A model generated the notes under the pieces. The model saw nothing but the letters and a program-made list of their open reading frames with translations. It was not told the origin of the DNA and made no database searches. Of a DNA stretch of 47,921 bases, positions 9,014-18,387 are shown in pieces (position 1 is the first letter of the stretch; each line of letters starts with the position of its first letter). Source of the DNA: Patescibacteria group bacterium (GTDB taxonomy: Bacteria > Patescibacteriota > Patescibacteriia > UBA10025 > JAHIVO01); assembly GCA_028718605.1 (NCBI GenBank), contig JAQULM010000001.1, forward strand, positions 603,201 to 651,121. The letters run 5' to 3'. The position numbers and the translations under genes are program-made.

Positions 9014-10773
9014 GAAGTAAATTTTTGCCCCGAACCTCCGACGGGAGTAATCATTTGTCGGAGTATATCTTGGGGCAATTTTAGCTTGATATGGAGACGG
9101 TAAGGGATTTTTTGCCCCTCTTTTTTTCTGCCTGCAACAGTATCTTTCTTCTCAATCAATCTGGAATAAACAATGATCTCTTCAATCAATTCGTGTAATA
9201 GAGTATAAAGTTCCTTTCTGTCCGTAGTTATTCTGCCAAGAGCCGAAGAGTATTTTTTGGAGAATAAATCCAAGCTCTCAATATACCCCTGCGAAAGAGT
9301 ATTTTGAGTTATTTGTAATTCAATCTCTTTCAACTCTTTTTGATAATACTTTTCCTTTTCTATCAAGTCCTTAATGTCTCTCCTTAACTGAACAATATCT
9401 TTAAATCCGGCCTCGTGTTGTTCACTTAACCTCTTTCTTCTTTCTGGAATGCTGTTAATGAGTTTTACTAACTCCTCGCGCTTCGCTTTTAGGTATTTTA
9501 TTTCAGACTTTGTGGATTTTAATTTCTGCTGATGGCTATAAACCGCTATGGGGTTTACCAGTAATGTTTTAGCTTGCTCAACGATATAATCCTCTATATT
9601 CTTTGCTGGCAAAGGAATAACTTTGCAGGGAATCCCGCTTTTACTGTCCAGCTTTCTGCCACATTTGTAAAAATAAGTAAATCTGCCACTACCTTTTTCT
9701 AATTCTTTTCTCTCTCCTGACCAACGCGCCCTGCCTTGCTTATCTTTATCGGGGTTATAGCAACCATCACATCGTAGAAGACCACTTAAAAGATAAACGT
9801 GGTCGTCTTTTGCGCTTTGTCTTGTATGTTTTAATTCGGTTAATAATTTTTGGGCTTGCTCAAAGGTAAAAGGATCAATGATTAAGGGCAGTGCATAGGG
9901 CGATAATTTCCACTCGGAAACTGGCAATTTTTTACCATTTTTAACTTTATTATAATAGTATTTACCGACGTATCTTTCGTCTTGGAGTATCATTCGTATC
10001 CTCTCCGGACGCCAATAATTTATTGGGTTTTTCTTTTTTATCTCCCCAGTTCTTTTTTTATTAATAATCGCCGACGCTTCCGGGGAGGGATAATTGTGTT
10101 TAGTTAAATATTTAGCAATCTGATAAGTAGATTGTTTTTCAACTGTTAGTATACGAAAGATCATTCTTACAACTTCCGCTTCCTTTTCAAAAATTTTATG
10201 GCGTCCTAATTCGTCTTTGAGGAAACCATAACAAGCTGAATTACCCATTGCAATTCCTGATTTAACTGCCTGCTCTCTACCTGCCTGTGTTCTCATTTTT
10301 ATTGTTTCAATTTCCAATTCCGCTATAACGCCGATAATTCCAAGAATTGCCTTTCCGAAAGGTGTTGAGGTATCAAGATTTTCATTGATGGATACGAATT
10401 TGATTTCGTGGTCTTCAAAGAAATCAATAACTTCCAGTAGTATTTTTAGTTTACGAGCGAAACGATCAATTTTATAAACTGCCACTACATCAAATGGTCG
10501 ACTTCCTTCTGGTGCCAACAGAATATCTTCTTTCAACTTGGCAAATGCCGGGCGTTCTTCCAATGGAGTAGTGCCACTTATTCCTTCGTCAACATAGACA
10601 TATTCGTCGCCTGCCAAAGCCATACCACTTTCTAATTTATCCTTTGATTTGATCAAAGCCAACAACGCCTCTTTTTGAAGAGGGATACCGTATCGCTCTG
10701 TTTGTTCTTCAGTGGAAACCCGGACATACAGAGCAACTCTTAATCTTTCATTTGTCTCGTGGCTACTTGTCAT
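8956..10773 (-). CDS. Large serine recombinase (integrase)
   Basis: The N-terminal resolvase domain is LRVALYVRVSTEEQ...YKIDRFARK. It is followed by a recombinase domain, a Cys-rich zinc-ribbon region (CDGCYNP...YFYKCGRK...IPC) and a long coiled-coil-like tail. The last 19 codons (GGPEGNRTPDLRIANAAF*) are read from the antisense of tRNA-Ala. Confidence 0.85.
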   Translation of the reverse strand: MTSSHETNERLRVALYVRVSTEEQTERYGIPLQKEALLALIKSKDKLESGMALAGDEYVYVDEGISGTTPLEERPAFAKLKEDILLAPEGSRPFDVVAVYKIDRFARKLKILLEVIDFFEDHEIKFVSINENLDTSTPFGKAILGIIGVIAELEIETIKMRTQAGREQAVKSGIAMGNSACYGFLKDELGRHKIFEKEAEVVRMIFRILTVEKQSTYQIAKYLTKHNYPSPEASAIINKKRTGEIKKKNPINYWRPERIRMILQDERYVGKYYYNKVKNGKKLPVSEWKLSPYALPLIIDPFTFEQAQKLLTELKHTRQSAKDDHVYLLSGLLRCDGCYNPDKDKQGRARWSGERKELEKGSGRFTYFYKCGRKLDSKSGIPCKVIPLPAKNIEDYIVEQAKTLLVNPIAVYSHQQKLKSTKSEIKYLKAKREELVKLINSIPERRKRLSEQHEAGFKDIVQLRRDIKDLIEKEKYYQKELKEIELQITQNTLSQGYIESLDLFSKKYSSALGRITTDRKELYTLLHELIEEIIVYSRLIEKKDTVAGRKKEGQKIPYRLHIKLKLPQDILRQMITPVGGSGQKFTSGGPEGNRTPDLRIANAAF

Positions 10774-10879
10774 TTGATGTTAATAGAAAGAGAGAAGGGT
10801 AAGAATTAAACAGTATTTATTAAAAGTGAGTACGCGCGATTGAAAAATAAACCTGTATCTGATATAGTAATGTTATCAA

Positions 10880-11101
10880 ATGTTAAGTTATAAGGCAATG
10901 ATAAAAAAGAAAGAAGCCAGCAATATAGCACTACCAGAACTTCTTACCCTTCAAGAAGCGTGTAAAATCTTACGTTGCCACCCTAATACCCTTCGCCAGT
11001 GGGATAAAAAGGGTATTTTTGTTGCTGTTCGTTTTGGCGAACGCAGAGATAGGCGCTACCGTCGAGAAGATATTGAAAATTTTATTAAACATAAAAAATA
11101 A
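10880..11101 (+). CDS. Excisionase/MerR-type helix-turn-helix DNA-binding protein
   Basis: LLTLQEACKILRCHPNTLRQWDKKGIFVAVRFGERRDRRYRREDIENFI matches the excisionase-family HTH pattern. It is divergent from the recombinase. Confidence 0.65.
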   Translation: MLSYKAMIKKKEASNIALPELLTLQEACKILRCHPNTLRQWDKKGIFVAVRFGERRDRRYRREDIENFIKHKK

Positions 11102-11104
11102 ATT

Positions 11105-13615
11105 ATGGAGAAGGAAGCAAAAGCACGGATTAAAATCAACAACCTACTCCAGCAGTCTGGCTGGAAATTCTTTGACGATAAAAATGGCAAGGCAAATATA
11201 AAACTTGAAGGTAATGTTAAAATTGATGAGCTGGGAGATGACTTTGAGAAAGTTAGTACCGGATTTATTGATTATCTCTTGTTAGACAATAAAAATTTTC
11301 CAATCTGTGTTTTAGAGGCAAAGTCGGAAGACAAAGACCCACTTACCGGAAAGGAGCAGGCACGTAGATATGCAAACAGTCAAAATGTTCGCTTTATTAT
11401 ACTTTCTAATGGCAATATCCATTACTTCTGGGATAAAGAGCTCGGAAACCCTACCAGAATTTCAACGTTCCCAACTCTGGAAAGTTTACAGGGCAATAAA
11501 GAATTTACCCCCGATACAAGTAAACTCTCCGGTGAAGAAATAAAAGACAATTACATTGCTTTAACCCAAAATCCTTTTTACGAACAAGACCCTCGTTGGT
11601 CTAATGAGGATAAAAAACAACAGTTTATTTATGATACCGGCCTGCACTTTCTCCGCCATTATCAACTGGATGCTGTAAAGTCATTACAAAAAGCGGTTTC
11701 CGAAGGAAAAAATCGTTTTCTCTTTGAAATGGCGACAGGAACCGGCAAGACCCTGCTGGCCTCCGCGATAATCAAACTCTACCTTAAAACGGGAAATGCA
11801 AGGCGCGTCCTCTTTTTAGTGGATCGCTTGGAGCTTGAAAACCAAGCAGAAAAAGCGTTTAAAAAGTATTTGCAACCGGACTTCCGTGCCGTAATCTTTA
11901 AACTAAATAGAGATGACTGGCGCAAGGCTGAAATCGTGATAACCACAGTCCAGAGCATATCCCACGACAATAAATACCTGAAAATATTCACCCCCACTGA
12001 TTTTGACCTGATTATTTCCGATGAGGCTCATCGTTCCATCTCGGGGAATAGTCGGACGATTTTTGAGTATTTTATAGGCCACAAGCTTGGCTTAACCGCC
12101 ACACCGAAAGATTACCTTAAAAATCTCTCGCAAAAAGATATTGATGAACGCGATCCGCGAGAAATAGAGAGACGCAATCTATTATCAACTTACAAAATAT
12201 TCGGCTGTGAAAGTAACGAGCCAACCTTCCGTTATACGCTTATTGATGGTGCGCGAGACGGTTTCCTTATATTGCCAACGGCCATTGATTGCCGCACGGA
12301 AATAACTACCAAGCTACTATCCGACGAAGGCTATGCCGTACAAACACAAACAGAAGAAGGGGAAGAGGAACGGGTCATTTATAACCAAAGTGATTTTGAG
12401 CGTCGCTTCTTTTCCGAACAGACCAATTTTGAATTTGCCAAAGCATTTATGGAAAATGCCGAGCGTGATCCTATAACAAAAGAAATTGGTAAAACAATAG
12501 TATTCTGTGTTAGTCGAAAACACGCCTCTAAAATTACCCAAATACTGAATGAGTTTGCAATGAAGATGTTCCCTGATAAATATAATTCGGATTTTGCAGT
12601 ACAAATTACTTCCGATATTCCAAACGCACAAAAAATGACCGTAAATTTTTCCAACAATAATCTTAATGGCCATACCAAATTCATTGACGGCTATAAATCC
12701 AGCAAAACAAGGGTTTGTGTGACGGTCGGTATGATGACAACTGGCTATGATTGCCAAGATATATTAAATCTCTGTCTAATGAGGCCTATTTTCTCCCCGA
12801 CTGATTTTGTCCAGATAAAAGGGCGCGGTACGCGAACATTCACTTTTAAACATTCCAAAGGAAACGATCAAATAAGGGAGGGGAAAAAGACATATAAACT
12901 TTTTGATTTCTTCGCTAATTGTGAATACTTTGAAGAAAAATATCCTTACGATCAAGTTATTAAACTTCCGGCCAAGAAAAAAAATGCCGCTGCTGCACCT
13001 CCTAAACCTCCAGTCCAAATTGATAAAACCTCAATCAATATTCCCGATCCCTTGAAAATGATGGAGGTAATGACTTTTGAAGGGAATATAATGCGCGTTG
13101 ACAGAGAACTTTATGTCAGCCGGTTTGAAAATACGGTCAAAGAAGCTGCGAAGAAAGATAAAGAATTTAAGGAAGCAATTAAAAGTGGTGATTATGAACA
13201 GATGGAGCAGTTTATCAAGGAAAAGATACTAAACAAACCGGAGGACTTTTTTACTCTGGAGCGCATTAGGCAGGGTTATAAAACCGACCGCCATATATCG
13301 CTATGGGAGATACTGGATAAGATTTTAGGGCGTATTCCACGCTTCAAATCAAAAGATGAATTAGCACAAGAAGAGTTTGAAAAATATCTGGTCAGCTCAA
13401 AAATTAAACCGGAACTCTACTACGAAGCGCGTGAATTTTTCCGAAATTATCTGATTGACGAGAATTTCCGCGTCGTCATAAATCAGAAACGCTTTAATGA
13501 ATTAGCCGGCGATCCAACAATGACAGAAGCCCTAAAAAAGCTGGGGAAAGAAACCTACTTAACAAAAATCCCGGAATACATAAAAGACAACGTTAGATTA
13601 AACGTCTTCGCTTAA
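11105..13615 (+). CDS. hsdR: Type I restriction enzyme R subunit (EcoEI-like: PD-(D/E)xK nuclease + SF2 ATPase)
   Basis: The HsdR_N-type nuclease region is IDYLLLD...ICVLEAKSED...FIILSNGN. Helicase motifs are MATGTGKT (I), ISDEAHRS (II), LTATP (III) and QIKGRGTR (VI). A long alpha-helical C-terminal extension follows. Confidence 0.8.
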   Translation: MEKEAKARIKINNLLQQSGWKFFDDKNGKANIKLEGNVKIDELGDDFEKVSTGFIDYLLLDNKNFPICVLEAKSEDKDPLTGKEQARRYANSQNVRFIILSNGNIHYFWDKELGNPTRISTFPTLESLQGNKEFTPDTSKLSGEEIKDNYIALTQNPFYEQDPRWSNEDKKQQFIYDTGLHFLRHYQLDAVKSLQKAVSEGKNRFLFEMATGTGKTLLASAIIKLYLKTGNARRVLFLVDRLELENQAEKAFKKYLQPDFRAVIFKLNRDDWRKAEIVITTVQSISHDNKYLKIFTPTDFDLIISDEAHRSISGNSRTIFEYFIGHKLGLTATPKDYLKNLSQKDIDERDPREIERRNLLSTYKIFGCESNEPTFRYTLIDGARDGFLILPTAIDCRTEITTKLLSDEGYAVQTQTEEGEEERVIYNQSDFERRFFSEQTNFEFAKAFMENAERDPITKEIGKTIVFCVSRKHASKITQILNEFAMKMFPDKYNSDFAVQITSDIPNAQKMTVNFSNNNLNGHTKFIDGYKSSKTRVCVTVGMMTTGYDCQDILNLCLMRPIFSPTDFVQIKGRGTRTFTFKHSKGNDQIREGKKTYKLFDFFANCEYFEEKYPYDQVIKLPAKKKNAAAAPPKPPVQIDKTSINIPDPLKMMEVMTFEGNIMRVDRELYVSRFENTVKEAAKKDKEFKEAIKSGDYEQMEQFIKEKILNKPEDFFTLERIRQGYKTDRHISLWEILDKILGRIPRFKSKDELAQEEFEKYLVSSKIKPELYYEAREFFRNYLIDENFRVVINQKRFNELAGDPTMTEALKKLGKETYLTKIPEYIKDNVRLNVFA

Positions 13616-13620
13616 TCATT

Positions 13621-16059
13621 ATGCTAACGGCTGATACAAAAAAGAAAATAGATTACCTCCGCGACGTACTGGTCGGGAAAATTCCTGTACCGTCCCAGCA
13701 GATTGAACAAATCACGCTCGGTCTGATTTATAAATTTATGAGCGATATTGATGAACAGAATGAAGAGCTGGGAGGAAAATCATTTTTTAGTAACGGGTAC
13801 AAACAGTATTCTTGGAAAAAAATAATGGATCGCTCATTAGCTGGCCACGAAAGGGTTTTATTGTATTCGGAAGGATTAGAAAAAATGAGCCGAAATGAAA
13901 AGCTCCCACAGCTATTTCGAGATATTTTTAAAGGCGCGTTTCTCCCTTTTAAAGACCCGGCGGTATTAGATTTGTTCTTGAAGGGTATAAATGAATTTAA
14001 GTATGAGCATAGTGAGGAGCTCGGCAATGCCTTTGAATACCTTTTATCAACGGCCGCCTCCCAAGGAGACGCCGGTCAATTCAGAACCCCACGCCACATT
14101 ATTGATTTTATCGTTGAAGTCGTTGATCCACAGAAAGAAGATAAAATATTAGACCCAGCTTGCGGCACGGCCGGCTTTCTTGTTTCCGCCTATAAGCATA
14201 TTTTGAAAGATAATACTGACAAAAAATCAGGAAGACTGGGATCACTATTAACTTCAAGTGAAAGGAAAAAATTAACCAAGAACATTGTTGGTTATGATAT
14301 ATCTCACGAAATGGTGCGTCTTTCGCTTGTAAATCTGTACCTGCACGGCTTTGCCGAGCCAAACATCTACGAATACGACACTTTGAGTAGTTTGGAACGT
14401 TGGGACGATAATTTTGACTGTCTGCTGGCCAATCCACCCTTTATGACCCCAAGAGGCGGAATAAAACCCCACAACCGCTTTCCTATTCAAGCTAAAAAGT
14501 CAGAAGTATTATTTGTTGATTATATTACAGAACATTTATCTCCCAACGGTAAAGCCGGTATCATTGTACCGGAGGGCATAATTTTTCAATCTGGTAACGC
14601 CTATAAACAACTTCGTAAAATGTTGGTTGAAGATGGGCTCTGGGCAGTGATTTCGTTGCCGCAAGGCGTGTTCAATCCTTATTCTTTAGTTAAAACAAGT
14701 ATTTTGTTTTTTAATAATACAATCGCAAGGCAAACTAAAGAAATCATATTTGTTAAAGTCGAGAATGATGGCTATGATTTAGGCTCACAAAGAAAGCCAA
14801 TTAAAAAAGATGATTTACCGGCAAGATTAGATTTGTTGAAAAGATATAGAAAAGCGGTTCAAAAAAATAAAGCGTTTAGTTTAAGTAAAAACGAATTAAT
14901 ATTTGCAAGCGTCGTTAAGAAAGAAAAAATTGCAGCAAATGGAGATTTCAATCTTTCTGGAGATAGATATAATCAGCCAACTCAAGTATTGAATAGTAAG
15001 TGGGCCTTAGTCGAACTTGAAAAAGTTTGTGGAGTCAAAAAGGGCTCACCAATTACACAAAAAAAGGCTACAATCGGAAATGTCCCAGTTATAGCTGGTG
15101 GACAAAAACCAGCCTATTATCATAATATTGCGAATAGAAATGGGCGGGTGATTACAGTGAGTGCGTCTGGCGCCTACGCCGGTTTTGTGAACTTTTTTGC
15201 TTTACCAATTTTCGCTTCAGACTGCACAACAATTCAAACAAAAGATGAAACGTCAATCTTGACACGCTTTGTTTATTATTTACTTAAAGCAAAGCAAGAA
15301 AACATCTATAAATTACAACAAGGTGGTGGTCAACCTCACGTATATCCAAAAGATTTAGCTAAAATAAAAGTTCCATTACCCCCACTTGAGATTCAAGATA
15401 ATATTGTTGCAGAACTTGATGGTTACCAAAAAATTATTGATGGCGCGAGGCAAGTAATTGATAACTACACTCCACTCATTAAGATTGCTGCCAACTGGGA
15501 TACTATCGAAATAGAAAGTATTTGTACATTGGTTCGTGGCAGCTCACCCCGTCCACAAGGAGATCCTCGTTATTACGGCGGCAAGGTACCACGTTTATTG
15601 ATTTCTGATGTAACCAGGGATGGAATGTATGTTACGCCCACCGCTGACTTCTTAACAGAAGAAGGGGCAAAATTGAGCCGACCAATGAAAAAAGGTGAGG
15701 TTGTTATGGCAGTTAGCGGCAATCCAGGTCTTCCATCTATTTTAAAAGTTGACGCGTGTATTCACGACGGCTTTGTAGGATTCAGGGGATTATCCAAAAA
15801 AGTGTTACCAGAATTTTTATACTTCGTATTTCTATATCAAAAAGTGGTCAATAATTCTCAATCCATAGGTGCAATTTTTAAGAATCTTACCACTGACCAG
15901 ATAAAAAAGTTCAAAATCCCACTTCCACCAATCGAGGTACAGCAGCGGGTTATTGGCAAACTTAAAGAAGAGCAACGGCAAATTGAATCTGCTAAATCAA
16001 TCATCGTTTTATTTGAGCAAAAAATTAAAGATAAAATCTCCGAAGTTTGGGGAGAGTAA
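13621..16059 (+). CDS. Fused type I methyltransferase-specificity polypeptide (HsdM-HsdS fusion)
   Basis: The N-terminal gamma-class N6-adenine MTase has LDPACGTAGFL (motif I) and LANPPF (motif IV). The C-terminal half has two target-recognition-like regions, each followed by an HsdS conserved helix (LPPLEIQDNIVAELDGYQKIID; LPPIEVQQRVIGKLKEEQRQIE). The gene starts 5 nt after the hsdR stop. Confidence 0.75.
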   Translation: MLTADTKKKIDYLRDVLVGKIPVPSQQIEQITLGLIYKFMSDIDEQNEELGGKSFFSNGYKQYSWKKIMDRSLAGHERVLLYSEGLEKMSRNEKLPQLFRDIFKGAFLPFKDPAVLDLFLKGINEFKYEHSEELGNAFEYLLSTAASQGDAGQFRTPRHIIDFIVEVVDPQKEDKILDPACGTAGFLVSAYKHILKDNTDKKSGRLGSLLTSSERKKLTKNIVGYDISHEMVRLSLVNLYLHGFAEPNIYEYDTLSSLERWDDNFDCLLANPPFMTPRGGIKPHNRFPIQAKKSEVLFVDYITEHLSPNGKAGIIVPEGIIFQSGNAYKQLRKMLVEDGLWAVISLPQGVFNPYSLVKTSILFFNNTIARQTKEIIFVKVENDGYDLGSQRKPIKKDDLPARLDLLKRYRKAVQKNKAFSLSKNELIFASVVKKEKIAANGDFNLSGDRYNQPTQVLNSKWALVELEKVCGVKKGSPITQKKATIGNVPVIAGGQKPAYYHNIANRNGRVITVSASGAYAGFVNFFALPIFASDCTTIQTKDETSILTRFVYYLLKAKQENIYKLQQGGGQPHVYPKDLAKIKVPLPPLEIQDNIVAELDGYQKIIDGARQVIDNYTPLIKIAANWDTIEIESICTLVRGSSPRPQGDPRYYGGKVPRLLISDVTRDGMYVTPTADFLTEEGAKLSRPMKKGEVVMAVSGNPGLPSILKVDACIHDGFVGFRGLSKKVLPEFLYFVFLYQKVVNNSQSIGAIFKNLTTDQIKKFKIPLPPIEVQQRVIGKLKEEQRQIESAKSIIVLFEQKIKDKISEVWGE

Positions 16060-16105
16060 AATTAGTAGTAATGTTAATAATTTTGATATAATTAACTTAT
16101 CTGGT

Positions 16106-17524
16106 ATGAAAAAAACTTCTACAAAACCAAATTATGATAAATGGCCAAGACAAAAAGTTGTAATAAACGATCTCTTTCTTGACCCAGAAAATATTCGTTT
16201 AGGTGTTGAAGTCCAATCTTCACAGCAAGAAGCGCTAATAAATGATTTGTTTGCTAACGAAAATGCTATGCAGGTTTTAGAGAGCATAGCTACAAATGGA
16301 TTTTTTCCGGATGAAATACCAGTGGTCATAAAAGAAGATAATAAAATTGTTGTAATTGATGGGAACCGTAGAATTGCGGCTTTAAAGGCGTTAGCCCGGC
16401 CAGAGATTGTCCCGTCAAAAGAAACAAATATAAAACAGATACTCAAAACCACCAGCCCTCTAATTAAAAATATAGAAATTGTTGTCGCCCCAAACCGTAA
16501 TTCTGTCAGACATTTTTTAGCGAGTAAGCACACCCAGAACACAAAAAGGCCGTGGCGACCTCTTCGGCAGGCATATTTTTATAAAGCAGAGCTTGAACGA
16601 GGTAAAACTGTTCAGGATTTACGAAATGATTATCCCACCGTTGATATTGGCAAATTTCTGCGAATGATTAACATTCACAGAATTGCAAAATCAATTAAAT
16701 ACGATAATGACCAAATAACCAAAAAAGTTCATAACGAACGCACCTTCCCGGTTTCTACACTTGAAAGATTGTACGAGGATAAATATGTCAGGGAGTTTTT
16801 AGGATTTGAATTTGATGGTGATGGAGATGTCCAAGTTAAAGTAGAAAAAAATGAATTTGAAAAAGGATTTAAGAGAGTCGTTCAAGACATAGTTGAAAAA
16901 GTGATTGACACTCGTGAGTTAAATACCGAAAAAAATAGAAAAGAATATCTTGCTAAATTTTCTGCTTCAGACATTCCAAGCAAAACGAAGATTAGCAAGA
17001 CATTAACAAGTAAAGATTTTACAGAAATTCTTCCTGTTCTTACTAAAAAAAGAACAAAACTTGCGCCCAAAGACATACTTTTTACTTTGAAATACCCGGG
17101 CGTGAGAAGAATGTTAATGGAACTTCAAAATATTGATTATCATAAATTTCCAAACGCCGCACACGACTTATTAAGAAGCTTCCTTGAATGTGCACTAAAA
17201 GCATATTTTGATCAAAACGGAAATACAATCAAGCCAACAAAGGGTAAAAATTATGTTTTTTTGGACGACGTATTGAAAGCATTCAAAAATGAAATGGATT
17301 TAGCAAAAAATACTGAACTATCCCAAGTAGCACAAAAAATAATCAGCGATACGACAATGAAATCATACTCGACACAATTTCTCAATGCAACAAATCACAA
17401 CCCAAGTGTTTTTGCAGTAGACAAAGATGTTGAGGCCGCGTGGGACACAATGGAAAAATTGTTACGTCACATTCTTAATCCTGTTAAAAAAAATGATGAC
17501 AATAAATCACAAAAGAAACCATAA
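16106..17524 (+). CDS. ParB/Srx-like N-terminal domain protein with an uncharacterised helical C-terminal domain
   Basis: INDLFLDPENIR...VVIDGNRRIAALKAL is a ParB-like nuclease/NTPase-fold signature. The C-terminus (AAHDLLRSFLECALKAYF...FLNATNHNPSVF...AAWDTMEKLLRHIL) is helical and resembles DUF4145/HEPN-type layouts, though without a canonical R-x4-6-H. I moved the start to ATG 16106 (MKKTSTKPNY); the ORF-track start 15953 lies inside the hsdMS gene. Confidence 0.6.
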   Translation: MKKTSTKPNYDKWPRQKVVINDLFLDPENIRLGVEVQSSQQEALINDLFANENAMQVLESIATNGFFPDEIPVVIKEDNKIVVIDGNRRIAALKALARPEIVPSKETNIKQILKTTSPLIKNIEIVVAPNRNSVRHFLASKHTQNTKRPWRPLRQAYFYKAELERGKTVQDLRNDYPTVDIGKFLRMINIHRIAKSIKYDNDQITKKVHNERTFPVSTLERLYEDKYVREFLGFEFDGDGDVQVKVEKNEFEKGFKRVVQDIVEKVIDTRELNTEKNRKEYLAKFSASDIPSKTKISKTLTSKDFTEILPVLTKKRTKLAPKDILFTLKYPGVRRMLMELQNIDYHKFPNAAHDLLRSFLECALKAYFDQNGNTIKPTKGKNYVFLDDVLKAFKNEMDLAKNTELSQVAQKIISDTTMKSYSTQFLNATNHNPSVFAVDKDVEAAWDTMEKLLRHILNPVKKNDDNKSQKKP

Positions 17525-18341
17525 ATACCATTACAGCCCACTTCGGTATCCCGGCGGTAAAACATTTTTGTTTCCTCTTTTTGATAAGGTAATCAAAAAA
17601 TACGGACTTAAAAATGTTGTTTATATTGAACCTTTCGCCGGCGGTGCTGGCGCGGCCTTGGCCTTACTTTTTTTGGAAAAAGTAGACAGAATCGTTATTA
17701 ACGATCTTGATAAAGCAATATATTCGTTCTGGAAATCAGCTATTTTTAATTCCGATAAATTTATTAAGAAAATATACTCCACACCAATAACGATTGAAGA
17801 ATGGCGGAAACAAAAAGCTATTTACAGTGATATAAAATCAAGCGAGTTTAATTTAGGATTTGCAACTTTTTATCTTAATAGGACAAATATGTCCGGCATT
17901 TTAAATGGCGGTTTGATAGGGGGCATTAAACAGAAAGGTAAATATAAGATAAACGCCAGATTCAATAAAGATAGCCTTGCTGAAAAAATTCAACAACTAT
18001 CATTGTATAAAAATAGAATTTCAATTTTTAACAAGGATGGCGTTAAGCTAATACACAAATATTTGAACAAAGAAAACACTTTTATTTATCTTGATCCGCC
18101 ATATTATGAAAAAGGTGCGGCACTGTATTTAAACCACTTTAAAAAAGCAGATCACGAAACGTTGGCCGAGCAATTAAATAGAAACGCAGACGCCTTTTGG
18201 CTCTTGACCTATGATAATAAAAAAGAGATAAAATCACTTTATGAAGATAGAAAAATTGTTAATTTCTCACTCAACTATAATGCTTACGAATTACGTAGAG
18301 GGAGAGAAATAATGATTTTATCTGACGCGCTAACAATTTAA
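17493..18341 (+). CDS. D12-class (Dam-like) N6-adenine DNA methyltransferase
   Basis: Motifs are RYPGGK, EPFAGGAGAAL (FxGxG) and YLDPPYY (DPPY). The likely start ATGATG at 17493 overlaps the 3' end of the ParB-like gene by about 30 nt. The ORF-track start 17427 is probably too early. Confidence 0.8.
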   Translation: MMTINHKRNHKYHYSPLRYPGGKTFLFPLFDKVIKKYGLKNVVYIEPFAGGAGAALALLFLEKVDRIVINDLDKAIYSFWKSAIFNSDKFIKKIYSTPITIEEWRKQKAIYSDIKSSEFNLGFATFYLNRTNMSGILNGGLIGGIKQKGKYKINARFNKDSLAEKIQQLSLYKNRISIFNKDGVKLIHKYLNKENTFIYLDPPYYEKGAALYLNHFKKADHETLAEQLNRNADAFWLLTYDNKKEIKSLYEDRKIVNFSLNYNAYELRRGREIMILSDALTI

Positions 18342-18387
18342 TCACAAAACTTTTCAAAATAAACTAAAAAAGGTTATTATATAGACA

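Noticed and set aside
15953-16105. ORF-track N-terminal extensions: 15953 (ParB-like), 17427 (Dam-like), 30486 (GT39-like), 34404 (flippase), 38259 (Myb-like), 38381 (TonB-C), 40740 (sortase-like), 47322 (DUF3006-like), 4003 (pilC), 6882 (kinase)
   Set aside because: The extensions overlap the preceding gene or read through non-protein-like sequence. Internal ATGs give canonical family N-termini or have better RBS/promoter context. The starts remain unverified without experimental data.
12977-17493. Homopolymeric A tracts (A8 at 12977-12984 in hsdR, A7 at 15059-15065 in the TRD1 region, A8 at 17486-17493 at the Dam-like start) as phase-variation switches
   Set aside because: Tracts of 7-8 A are expected by chance in DNA this AT-rich and are shorter than typical contingency loci. 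It is worth a look only if read-level length heterogeneity is seen.
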